A DNA stretch of 64,000 bases. Source: Gemmatimonadota bacterium. GTDB taxonomy: Bacteria > JAAXHH01. Below are positions 27,492 through 36,720 of the stretch, in pieces. The stretch covers positions 4,913-68,912 of the forward strand of contig JAPOZT010000012.1 in NCBI GenBank assembly GCA_026705925.1, given 5' to 3'. Within the stretch, counting starts at the first letter, position 1, and each line of letters begins with the position of its first letter. The translations under genes were made by a program, and so were the position numbers. The notes under the pieces were generated by a model. It saw nothing but the letters and a program-made list of their open reading frames with translations, ran no database searches and had not been told where the DNA came from.

Positions 27492-28643
27492 ATGTGGACC
27501 AGATGCTCCCTTTTGTGCGTCCTGACACTCTCCGTCCTGACGTACGTCGTTCCCGCGGCCGGGCAGGACGCCGGGCAGGAAGAAGACCGATTCTCCTGGA
27601 ACGGGATGATCAGGACACGGTTGCAGGGCGACTACCAGGACGGCAGCCGGGCGGTGAACCGGTTCATGTACGGTTTCTTTCTCAACGGCACGTTCCGCCT
27701 CACCGACCGGATCGACGTGGCCGGCCGTATCAAGACGGGGAACCCCAACGCCATCGTCACCTCGGAATGGATGTCCTACGGCGACTTTCTGGTAAACGAG
27801 CACCCCCACGTTTCATGGGCGTACGTCACGTTGCGTCCGAATCCCTCGCTGGCCCTCATCGCGGGCAAGTTCCCCCTGCCCTTCTTCCGGCCGACACAGG
27901 TGGTCCTTGACAGCGACCTCTCGCCTGAGGGCTTCGCCCAGCAGATCGTGATCGACAGCGAGGACGGATCATCGTCCTTCGGCATGAACTTCGGCCAGTT
28001 CATGGTCAACCAGTTGGCCTCGCCGGTAAAGGACCTCGACCGCACCTATTTCCTGGGCGGGCAGTTCGTAGCCCGCTTCACCCAGCCGGGAAGCTCGCAG
28101 ACGCTGGCCGCCGCCATCTATTCCGTGTCCGGGGCGGATTCAATCTTCGTCGCGCAGAACCTGAGGTCACCGCCGCTGATCGTGGCGCCGAATTCCAACC
28201 GGGCGAACCGGTACGGGAACGGTTACCTGTCCGAGTTCCGCATGATCAACCTCAGCGGTCAGTATACCCGGACCGTGAACGGCCGTCCGCTGACTATCAG
28301 CGCCGATTACGTGTTCAATACCGGGGCCGACGACATGCGCCAGGGCGTCACCGGAATGATTGTCTACGGCAGCACGGCACGGGTCGGCGACTCGCGGGGC
28401 GGGATCCATGCCTTTCTCATGCAGCAGGACGCCACCCTCGCCCCGTTCAGCAATATCGACTACTCCCAGACCAACACGAAGGGCGTCGGACTCCTGTTCG
28501 GTCACCATGTCATCGAACGGTTTAGAGTCGACATCGCGCTGTACACCCGCAAGTACGATTCCCCCGAAACACTCGTCTCTCCCGCGGCCAACAACGCATG
28601 GCGTACCCGACTGCGCTTCATGTTGAGTTTCCTGTTGAACTGA
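27492..28643 (+). CDS. Putative outer-membrane porin-like beta-barrel protein
   Basis: Signal peptide MWTRCSLLCVLTLSVLTYVVPAAGQ, then an alternating amphipathic beta-strand pattern rich in aromatic/Gly residues. I recognise no specific family. Confidence 0.5.
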   Translation: MWTRCSLLCVLTLSVLTYVVPAAGQDAGQEEDRFSWNGMIRTRLQGDYQDGSRAVNRFMYGFFLNGTFRLTDRIDVAGRIKTGNPNAIVTSEWMSYGDFLVNEHPHVSWAYVTLRPNPSLALIAGKFPLPFFRPTQVVLDSDLSPEGFAQQIVIDSEDGSSSFGMNFGQFMVNQLASPVKDLDRTYFLGGQFVARFTQPGSSQTLAAAIYSVSGADSIFVAQNLRSPPLIVAPNSNRANRYGNGYLSEFRMINLSGQYTRTVNGRPLTISADYVFNTGADDMRQGVTGMIVYGSTARVGDSRGGIHAFLMQQDATLAPFSNIDYSQTNTKGVGLLFGHHVIERFRVDIALYTRKYDSPETLVSPAANNAWRTRLRFMLSFLLN

Positions 28644-28686
28644 CGGCCCATAGCACCCGCCCACCGCCCACTAATCGGTCCACAGC

Positions 28687-29508
28687 ATGCGTCTCGGTTT
28701 TATTTCGTTCCTGCTGCTTTCCGTCGCGTTTTTCGCGGTCGTCGTGGACCCCGCGGAAGCGCAACCGCGTCTCAAGCTCGCAACGACGACCAGCACCGAC
28801 GACTCCGGTCTGCTGGACATCCTCCTTCCGCCTTTCGAGGAAAAGCAGGAGGGCGGGATCCGGGTGGATGTCATTGCCGTGGGTACGGGCAAGGCACTGA
28901 AGCTGGCCGAAAACGGGGACGTGGACGCGGTCCTCGTACACGCGCCGAAGCTGGAGGAGGCCTTCGTGGCCGCCGGCTTCGGGGTGGATCGCCGGAACGT
29001 CATGTATAACGATTTCGTCGTCGTCGGGCCGTCCGCCGACCAGGCGGGGATCGCCGGGACGGAACGGGTCGCCGACGCCTTCGCCACCATCGCGCGGAGG
29101 GAAGCGTTGTTCTTCTCGCGGGGCGACCTGTCCGGCACCCACCTGAAGGAACGGGCGATCTGGGATCTTTCCGGGATCGAGCCCTCGGGGGACTGGTACG
29201 TGGAAGTGGGCCAGGGCATGGCGGCCACGCTGCGGATGGCGGACGAGAAGCGGGGTTACGTGCTGATCGACCGGGGCACCTACCTGGCCCTGAGGGAAAC
29301 GGTGAACCTGCGGGTCCTGGTAGAATACGATCCCCCGCTGCACAACCCCTACAGCATCATCGCCGTCAACCCCGAGCGCTGGCCGCACGTCAAGTACGGA
29401 CGGGCGCGCGCGCTCATCGACTACGTGACCTCGCCGGAAGCCCAGGCCATCATCGGCGGATACCGGAAATACGGCCAGCCGTTGTTCACGCCGTCCGCGA
29501 CGGACTGA
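28687..29508 (+). CDS. tupA: Tungstate/molybdate-type periplasmic binding protein (TupA-like, PBP_like_2)
   Basis: Signal peptide, then LKLATTTSTDDSGLLDILLPPFE, AVGTGKALKLAENGDVDAVLVHAP and RRNVMYNDFVVVGP, closely matching the TupA pattern I recall. Confidence 0.75.
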   Translation: MRLGFISFLLLSVAFFAVVVDPAEAQPRLKLATTTSTDDSGLLDILLPPFEEKQEGGIRVDVIAVGTGKALKLAENGDVDAVLVHAPKLEEAFVAAGFGVDRRNVMYNDFVVVGPSADQAGIAGTERVADAFATIARREALFFSRGDLSGTHLKERAIWDLSGIEPSGDWYVEVGQGMAATLRMADEKRGYVLIDRGTYLALRETVNLRVLVEYDPPLHNPYSIIAVNPERWPHVKYGRARALIDYVTSPEAQAIIGGYRKYGQPLFTPSATD

Positions 29509-29612
29509 AGTCCCGTCCGCGGACTCGGCACCGGAAGCGGACTGCCCACGGGAAGCGAATCAGGCCGCCGGGTGCAGGGCAAGCTCCGGCGCGACACAGA
29601 GGAGGGAGTAAA

Positions 29613-30635
29613 TTGATACGCATCGGCATCCTGGGCATCGGTTTCATGGGGACGACCCATTTCCTGGCGATCAAAAACCTGGCCAACGCGAAGGTTGGGG
29701 CTATCTGCACACGCGACGAGCGGAAGCTGAGCGGCGACTGGCGGCATATCCAGGGCAACTTCGGGGGCGGGGGCGGCGTGCAGGACCTGACCGGCATCCG
29801 TACCTGCACCGATATCGACGAAGTGCTGGGCGACCCGGATATCGACCTGGTCGACGTGTGCCTGCCCACGGCCCTGCACCACGACGTCGTCCTGCGCGCG
29901 CTGGACGCCGGCAAGGACGTCCTCGTCGAGAAACCCATCGCCCTTGGACTGGACGAGGCGGACCGCATGATCGCCCGGGCGGGGGAAGCCGGAAAGACCC
30001 TGATGGTCGCCCACGTGCTGAAGTTCTTCCCCGAGTTCGCCTTCCTCAAGGCCGCCATCGACGACGGCCGCTACGGCCGCCTGCTGGGACTGCACCTCAA
30101 ACGGGTCATCTCCAAGCCCCTCTGGGGAGAGGGCAACTGGTTCGGAGACTACGAGCGCACGGGCGCGGCGGGCATCGACCTGCACATCCACGACACCGAT
30201 TACCTGCGTTACCTCTTCGGCATGCCGGACAGCGTGCACGCCGACGGCAGGACGAGTCCGAACGGCTACGTGCTCTATCTGAACACGCAGTACGGGTACG
30301 ACGACCGGGACATCACCGTATCGTCCCAGTGCGGGGCCATCAGTTCGGCCGCCTTCGAACACGGTTACGACGCCTATTTCGAGGAAGGCACGCTCTGGTA
30401 CAACGTGCTCTCGGAACGGCCGGTCACGCTCTACACGCCCGACGGCGGCCGTACCGAACCGGTAATCGACTTCCCCGAGGCCTTCGAGGCCCAGTTGGGA
30501 TACGCCGTCGACGCCCTGGAAAACGGCACGGAGCCCGACCTGGTCTCGGCCGGCGCGGCCCGCGACGCCCTGCGGATCTGCCACGGAGAGGCCGAATCGG
30601 TAAAGACTGGGAAGACCGTGCGGTTCCCGGACTAA
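29613..30635 (+). CDS. Gfo/Idh/MocA family oxidoreductase
   Basis: TTG start preceded by GGAGGGAG. IRIGILGIGFMG, DLVDVCLPTALH and DVLVEKP. Confidence 0.85.
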   Translation: MIRIGILGIGFMGTTHFLAIKNLANAKVGAICTRDERKLSGDWRHIQGNFGGGGGVQDLTGIRTCTDIDEVLGDPDIDLVDVCLPTALHHDVVLRALDAGKDVLVEKPIALGLDEADRMIARAGEAGKTLMVAHVLKFFPEFAFLKAAIDDGRYGRLLGLHLKRVISKPLWGEGNWFGDYERTGAAGIDLHIHDTDYLRYLFGMPDSVHADGRTSPNGYVLYLNTQYGYDDRDITVSSQCGAISSAAFEHGYDAYFEEGTLWYNVLSERPVTLYTPDGGRTEPVIDFPEAFEAQLGYAVDALENGTEPDLVSAGAARDALRICHGEAESVKTGKTVRFPD

Positions 30636-30653
30636 GGCGGCATAGTCACGACC

Positions 30654-31970
30654 ATGGCCCAGTTGCATTTCGGCACCGGCCGAACCCTCATCACGCCGCC
30701 CGTTGGGATTGAACTCTGCGGATACGGTCCCTATCTCGAACGCCGCGCCACCGCGGTGCACCAGGACCTCCATTGCACAGCCCTGGCCCTGTCGGACGAC
30801 GACCGGGTATTCGTGTGGGTATCGAACGACCTGGTGTGGACGGACCGCTCCCTCGTCGACGAGACCCACCGCATCGTCCGCGACCGGTACGGACTCGACC
30901 CGGCCCGCGTGGTCATCACCAACACCCATACCCATTCCGGTCCGGCCACCATGAAGACCGTGGCATGGGGAAAATGGGACGAAGACTACACGGCGGGGTT
31001 GCCGGCGTTGTTCGCCGATGCCATCGGGCAGGCCGTATCGAACCTGGAGCCCGGGCGGATCGGGTTCGGGAGAACGCCCGTACCCGAGCTTTCGGTCAAC
31101 CGGGTTGACGAAGGCGGGGAAGCTGACACGGAAGCACTGCTGATGCGTATCGACGATACCCGCGGCCGGATGCGCGCCGCTGCGATCAATTTCGGCGCCC
31201 ACCCCGTTACGCTCGGCGCCGATACCGTCATCTGCGGCGACTATCCGGCCGATGCCATAGGGAAGATGGAGGCAGAGCGGGATGGACTGCGTGTGCTGTT
31301 CTTCCAGGGCAGCTGCGGCGACCTCAACTGCCGAGGATTCGGCGATGGCATGGAATTGATGAAGTCCAACGGTTCCCTCCTGCGCGATCACATCCTGCCT
31401 GTCCTGGACGACATAGCGACGGATCCGGAGGTGGACCTGGACGGCGACACCTTCGAGGTCGCGCTGCCCACGGAAGTCCCGGACCGGGCCGACCGGGCGG
31501 CACTGGAAGCGGAACTGGCCGACAGCCGCGACCGTCTCGAGGCTTCGAACAGTGATGCGGACCCCGCAGACCTGCGCAAACTGCGCTTCGAGGCGGACTG
31601 GCGCGCGCAGCGCCTCGACCTGCTCGATGGCCCCCATCCGCAGCGGCTGGAGTTCCGCGTTTCGTGGATGCGCATCAACGATGCCGTGTTGATCGCCCAC
31701 CCGCTGGAGTTGTTCCTGACCTTCGGCAAACAGGTCCAGTCGGCGTCCCCTTACCCGCACACCCTGGTCATCGGGTACGCCAACGGGACCGTCGGCTACC
31801 TGGCGCGGCCGCAGGACTTCGACCAGGAAGGATTCGGCTGGTACGCAGCGGTGTTCGCGCCCCGGATCTGCCGCCATCTGCCCTTCGAACCCGATGCGGG
31901 CAGCGTGTTTCGCGATCACCTCATCGCCCTGCTTCACCGAATCAGGCAGCGGGAAATGGAATCGACCTGA
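30654..31970 (+). CDS. Neutral/alkaline ceramidase N-terminal-domain-like hydrolase
   Basis: GRTLITPPVGIELCGYG, DLHCTALALSD and ITNTHTHSGP match the pattern of non-lysosomal-ceramidase-like bacterial proteins. Confidence 0.65.
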   Translation: MAQLHFGTGRTLITPPVGIELCGYGPYLERRATAVHQDLHCTALALSDDDRVFVWVSNDLVWTDRSLVDETHRIVRDRYGLDPARVVITNTHTHSGPATMKTVAWGKWDEDYTAGLPALFADAIGQAVSNLEPGRIGFGRTPVPELSVNRVDEGGEADTEALLMRIDDTRGRMRAAAINFGAHPVTLGADTVICGDYPADAIGKMEAERDGLRVLFFQGSCGDLNCRGFGDGMELMKSNGSLLRDHILPVLDDIATDPEVDLDGDTFEVALPTEVPDRADRAALEAELADSRDRLEASNSDADPADLRKLRFEADWRAQRLDLLDGPHPQRLEFRVSWMRINDAVLIAHPLELFLTFGKQVQSASPYPHTLVIGYANGTVGYLARPQDFDQEGFGWYAAVFAPRICRHLPFEPDAGSVFRDHLIALLHRIRQREMEST

Positions 31971-31988
31971 ATGGCCAACAAACTGCCG

Positions 31989-32327
31989 TTATTTCGGACA
32001 TGGCGACTCCTTTGAACTGTTCGCTGAGGAGATGCTCATGTGACCTTCTACCCGGCCCAGCCGGCCGTTCATGTCGTGCATTTCCTCACGAAGCGATTTG
32101 ATCTCACCTAAGACCGTCTCCCGGTCCGCACGCGTCTCCTCACGTAGCGATTTGAATTCACCGAAGATGACTTCCCTGTCCGCGCGCATCTCTTCGCGTA
32201 AGGAGTTGACTTTCGTATCGATCTCCTCACGCAGAGACTTCGTGATCCGTCCCGTTAAGGTTACTATTCCGAGTAACAAGACCCCCGCCGCGCAAATTGC
32301 CTGGGTAACAACCATGAATTCCGCCAT
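31989..32327 (-). CDS. Mini-protein A: N-terminal TM helix plus periodic coiled coil
   Basis: MAEFMVVTQAICAAGVLLLGIVTL, then SLREE-based repeats, ending EMHDMNGRLGRVEGHM. GC is lower than in flanking DNA. It is a paralogue of 41815..42066. Confidence 0.6.
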   Translation of the reverse strand: MAEFMVVTQAICAAGVLLLGIVTLTGRITKSLREEIDTKVNSLREEMRADREVIFGEFKSLREETRADRETVLGEIKSLREEMHDMNGRLGRVEGHMSISSANSSKESPCPK

Positions 32328-32586
32328 TTGTCTCTACAGCCCCCTTTCCAGGACTCGGCCCATCGTTGACAACGCTCGATAGTACACTATCTTTAATCCA
32401 GCCCGCTGCCGTACCGTCCTGAACGTCACTGACCCGGTCATCAAGTCGACGGCTAATGGGTCGAACAGAACCCGGAACCGGCAACAGCGCAACAGCACCC
32501 TGTAAATAGTGTTAGTCCTGTGCGCCTGCTGTAACCTCGTAACAAATAAACTCCTGTAACACATCCGACATCTGAAAGGGCCGATC

Positions 32587-34335
32587 ATGTCCATACCCGG
32601 TTTCACCAGGACGGGTTTGATCCTGTCGTTGCTCTTGATCATTACGTCTGCTTCAATGGCACACGCCACCGGCGAACCGGTGCTCCAGGAAGCAGCCGGA
32701 CTGACTGCGCCGGCCACCCAGACCGCGCAGTCATCGGCTTCCGCGCCGACCGACCCGCCGCGGCTCACGGTACTGATCATCATCGACCAGTTCCGCCACG
32801 ACTACCTGCAGCGGTTCGACGATCTCTTCGTGGAGGACGGATTCCGCCGGTTCATGGACCACGGCGCGTGGATGCAGGACGCCCGTTTCACGCATGTGCA
32901 CGCCTCCACTTCACCGGGCCACAGCGTGGTCACCTCCGGGACCTACGCCTACAAGACCGGGATGGTCAACAACGCGTGGTACAGCCGGTCCATGGGGGTG
33001 TTTCGGCCGTCGCTGGTGGATCCGGACAGCCACATTCTTGGATTGTGGCCCACCGCGACCGGACGCGCCTCCACGCGGGAACTGGTCGGCTCTTCCCTGG
33101 CGGATGAACTGCGCATGGCCACGCGCTACCGTGGCAAGGCCATCGCGATATCACTCAAGGACTACAGTGCCATGATCTCCGCCGGGAAACTGGGCGCACC
33201 GTACTGGTTTGAAGCGGGCCTGGGCCGGATCACGTCGAGCAGCTACTTCATGGACGATCTGCCTGACTGGGTCAAGCGCTTCAACGACCGGAAAATCCCG
33301 GACCAGTCCTTCGGCCGTAAATGGGAACGCCTGCTGCCGGAGAAAATGTACCTTGAACGGGCGGGGAAAGACATCCGGGAGGGCGAGGAGGACAATCGGA
33401 ACAGCGGGATCGTCTTCCCCCACGTGACGAAAGGCGGTCTGGAAGCTCCGGGACCCCGGTACTGGAACGCCTTCAAGCACACGCCCTGGTCCACCGACTA
33501 CGAGCTTGAATTCGCCCGGCAGGCGATCATCGAGGAAGAACTGGGGCAGGATGATATCCCGGACGTCCTGGTCATCAGTCTCTCCGCCAATGACTACATC
33601 GGCCACGATTTCGGCCCCTTCAGCCAGGAATCCATGGACGCCACGCTGCGCACGGACCGGCAGCTGGCGGACTTCTTCGCCTTCCTCGACGAGCGGGTCG
33701 GACGCGACCACATTCTACTGGTCCTGACGGCCGACCACGGCGCACTGGAACTGCCGGAGCAGTTGGCGCTCCGGGGCCTGGAGGCCGGACGGGCCGGTCC
33801 CGAGCCGCTGACGGCCCTGATTGAGGAGGCCCTGGACGGACTGCACGGGGAAGACGACTGGGTCCTGCACGTGGCGGAATCGGGCGTGTACCTGAACTGG
33901 GAGGCCATCGACAGCCGGGGCCTGAGCCGGGCCGAGGTGGAAGAGACGGCGGCCGAGGCCGTCGTGACTCATCCGGCCGTATGGAAGGCCTATACGCGCC
34001 ACCGAATCGAGCGGCGGCTGTTGCCGGAATCAGACCTCACGAAGACGGTCTATCACAGCTTCCATTCCGAGAACAGCGGCGACATCATGCTTATCGCCAC
34101 GCCCTTCTACCTGCTGCTGGGCGAGTACGGGTCGACCACGGTGGGCACCTCCCACGGTTGGCCCCACGACTACGATACGCACATCCCGATCATGTTCCAC
34201 GGGCCGTGGATCACGCCCGGACACTACCGGAACCGCGTCGACGCGGCGGATATCACGCCGACGATCTGCAACCTGCTGCGGATCACCCTGCCGTCGAACC
34301 GCGACGGGCGCATACTGGGCGAGATCATCAGGTAG
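32587..34335 (+). CDS. Secreted alkaline-phosphatase-superfamily phosphoesterase (type I phosphodiesterase / PafA-like)
   Basis: Signal peptide. IIDQFRHDYL, HASTSPGHS..TG, LSANDYIGHDFGP, LTADHG and GTSHGWPHDYDTHIP are metal-ligand motifs of the family. Confidence 0.8.
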   Translation: MSIPGFTRTGLILSLLLIITSASMAHATGEPVLQEAAGLTAPATQTAQSSASAPTDPPRLTVLIIIDQFRHDYLQRFDDLFVEDGFRRFMDHGAWMQDARFTHVHASTSPGHSVVTSGTYAYKTGMVNNAWYSRSMGVFRPSLVDPDSHILGLWPTATGRASTRELVGSSLADELRMATRYRGKAIAISLKDYSAMISAGKLGAPYWFEAGLGRITSSSYFMDDLPDWVKRFNDRKIPDQSFGRKWERLLPEKMYLERAGKDIREGEEDNRNSGIVFPHVTKGGLEAPGPRYWNAFKHTPWSTDYELEFARQAIIEEELGQDDIPDVLVISLSANDYIGHDFGPFSQESMDATLRTDRQLADFFAFLDERVGRDHILLVLTADHGALELPEQLALRGLEAGRAGPEPLTALIEEALDGLHGEDDWVLHVAESGVYLNWEAIDSRGLSRAEVEETAAEAVVTHPAVWKAYTRHRIERRLLPESDLTKTVYHSFHSENSGDIMLIATPFYLLLGEYGSTTVGTSHGWPHDYDTHIPIMFHGPWITPGHYRNRVDAADITPTICNLLRITLPSNRDGRILGEIIR

Positions 34336-34351
34336 GCGGCGCGCCGGAACT

Positions 34352-35185
34352 TCAGTACACTTCGGGGATGAACCGCTGGTCGTCCATGGGAGGGCGGACG
34401 TAACCGGCGTCGGTTTCGCGGTCCGGCAGGCTGGTTTTCGACGTGGGAGGGTCCTTGTCGTAGGGGAAGAGGCTCAGCAGGTGGGTGATGCAGTTCAGGC
34501 GGGCGCGGCGCTTGCTGTCCGACGGCACGACGTACCAGGGCGCCTGCTTGATGTCGGTGTAGTTCATCATCTCGTCCTTGGCGTGCGAATACTCGTCCCA
34601 CTTCATGTAGGACTGCCGGTCCATATCGCTGAATTTCCAGCTTTTCAGGGGATCTTTGATCCGGTTCCTGAAACGCCGTTCCTGTTCCTTCGCGCTCACT
34701 GAGAACCAGTACTTGATCAGCCTGATGTCTGAGCGGGCGAGCATGCGCTCGAACTCGGGACAGGACCGGAGGAACTCGCGGTACTCCTCCTCCGTGCAGA
34801 ACCCCATTACCCGGTCAACGCCCGCGCGGTTGTACCAGCTCCGGTCGAAAAGGACGATCTCGCCGGCCGAAGGCAGGTGCGCGACGTACCGCTGGAAGTA
34901 CCACTGAGACTGTTCCCGGTCCGTCGGCTTGGCCAGGGCGGCTACGCGGCAGACGCGGGGATTGAGCCGCGCGGTGATACGGGCGATGGTACCGCCCTTG
35001 CCGGCCGCGTCGCGGCCCTCGAAGATGACCACCACCTTCCGGCCATGTTCAACCACCCATTCCTGGAGCTTGGACAACTCGACCTGCAACCGGGCCAGTT
35101 CCTTTTCGTAGTGTTTCTGGCTCAGCTTTTTCCTTTTCTTTTTCGTCCCGGGGGCCGCAGGCTGGTTTTCGTCGATTTTATTCAC
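34352..35185 (-). CDS. ppk2: Polyphosphate kinase 2 (single-domain PPK2)
   Basis: VVIFEGRDAAGKGGTI (Walker A), FDRSWYNRAGV and the SDIRLIKYWFSVS pattern. Confidence 0.88.
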   Translation of the reverse strand: MNKIDENQPAAPGTKKKRKKLSQKHYEKELARLQVELSKLQEWVVEHGRKVVVIFEGRDAAGKGGTIARITARLNPRVCRVAALAKPTDREQSQWYFQRYVAHLPSAGEIVLFDRSWYNRAGVDRVMGFCTEEEYREFLRSCPEFERMLARSDIRLIKYWFSVSAKEQERRFRNRIKDPLKSWKFSDMDRQSYMKWDEYSHAKDEMMNYTDIKQAPWYVVPSDSKRRARLNCITHLLSLFPYDKDPPTSKTSLPDRETDAGYVRPPMDDQRFIPEVY

Positions 35186-35300
35186 GCCCGTTCCTCCTGC
35201 ACCATGACAGCCCGCTCGGTACGCGTCGGCTACCCGACCCGTGACCGGTCCGCGACCGAATACCGGCCCATGACAGGCCGCCCGGTCCGCACCGGGTCGC

Positions 35301-36482
35301 TCAACTGCCGCTTATCGTGAACCGAACGCCCATCCGGTCGAGCTCGTCGATCATCGTATCGAAACCGTCCCCGTAAATCGCCTGCTCGGGGGTAACGAAG
35401 GGCCGACCGGGATGGGGCAGGTCTCCCCGGGCCGTCATCCGCGCGCCGATGGCCGCGGTGAAGGCCGTGGTCCGGGCCATGGAGGTGAATCCAGTCTCTT
35501 CGTCGTACCGGTCGATCATCTCGGCCGAACGCGTGGCGGGCCGTCCGTCCTTCTCGCCGATCGCGGTGACGCGTAACGTCGTGATGTCCCGGTCCTCCGG
35601 GGCCATTTTCACCCGGGGAAAGAGCACGGCGTCCACCACGTGCTTGGGGATCACGCTTACGCCGTCCACGTCCACCGGGTCCTCGCTCAGCAGGCCCAGC
35701 TCGCGCAGCACGGTAACTTTGTGCGAATACCCCGGCCAGCGCACGGTCTTCTGCGTGCCGGTGCGCAGGCCTTTCAGCACATCCAGCTCGAGTAGCCACG
35801 GGAAGAATCCTTCGTGCCAGGCTTCGCAGTCTCCCACGCCGTCGAAGGAAACCGGTTCCGGGTCGGAGTAGCGGGGGACGTCCACGAGGCGCCCGTCCTT
35901 CACCATCCGGGCCGTGGAATCACGGAGGGGCAGGCGCTTGCCGCCGAAGACGATCTTGTACCCCAGGGGCGGTTCGGGCCGCGTCGGGATGCCTCCGCAT
36001 AGAATGTGCAGTTCGTCGGTCCGGTCGAGTTGCTCCGCTAGGCGGCGGGCCAGGATCTCGGTCAGTCCCGGTTCCAGCCCGCAACCCAGGATGACGAAGC
36101 CCCGCGAACCGGAAAAGCGCGATTCCAGGTCGTCGAGTTCGTCCCGGGGAATGCCGGCAATGTCCAGGCGGGTGAGGTCCATGTACGGCATGTCCGCTTC
36201 GAGGGCGTGCGGGAAAGCTTTCATGCTCGCGTCCCTGGGCACGGCCGCCACGCCCGCCGCGTGATCCTTCATCACGGCGATGGACGCGTCCCGGTCGTTC
36301 ATGTCCAGCCTGCGGTAGGCCACCTTGTCCGCCCCCGGCAGGTCCCGCAGCGTTTCGCGGCAGGCCCCGAGCTGGTCATCGCTGAGATCGCAGACCGTAA
36401 CGCACTCCACCTCATCGTCCACCATGGCGTTGTACGCCGCCGCGGGTCCCATCAGGCCGCTGCCGATCACGAGAATACGCAC
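35301..36482 (-). CDS. Saccharopine dehydrogenase-family NAD(P)-binding protein
   Basis: VRILVIGSGLMGPAAAYN Rossmann motif and a C-terminal saccharopine-DH-like domain. The start is probably GTG 36482, preceded by GGAGG. The ORF begins with TTG at 36503. Confidence 0.7.
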   Translation of the reverse strand: MRILVIGSGLMGPAAAYNAMVDDEVECVTVCDLSDDQLGACRETLRDLPGADKVAYRRLDMNDRDASIAVMKDHAAGVAAVPRDASMKAFPHALEADMPYMDLTRLDIAGIPRDELDDLESRFSGSRGFVILGCGLEPGLTEILARRLAEQLDRTDELHILCGGIPTRPEPPLGYKIVFGGKRLPLRDSTARMVKDGRLVDVPRYSDPEPVSFDGVGDCEAWHEGFFPWLLELDVLKGLRTGTQKTVRWPGYSHKVTVLRELGLLSEDPVDVDGVSVIPKHVVDAVLFPRVKMAPEDRDITTLRVTAIGEKDGRPATRSAEMIDRYDEETGFTSMARTTAFTAAIGARMTARGDLPHPGRPFVTPEQAIYGDGFDTMIDELDRMGVRFTISGS

Positions 36483-36630
36483 GGGTGCCTCCGTATGGAT
36501 CAATCCTGCCGGAACGCAGACTTATTGCATGTTGTGGTAGTGACAACTTCGGAAGTCAGGATCATAATTAGCACGTAGGAAGGGGACCGCGTCAAGGCCA
36601 ATCTGGCCGGGTTGCCCCATTGGATAAACC

Positions 36631-36659
36631 TTGATCCGGCCCCCCGGCGCCTGTATCTT
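36631..36659 (+). promoter_or_regulatory. Candidate sigma70-like promoter for the M14 peptidase gene
   Basis: TTGATC, a 17-nt spacer, then TATCTT, about 60 nt upstream of ATG 36721. This is a weak motif-only call. Confidence 0.2.
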
Positions 36660-36720
36660 GGCGCTTACGTTTTCCTCAAAATACAAATCGTATCCGAGCC
36701 CAATTTCAAGTCAGGAACAG

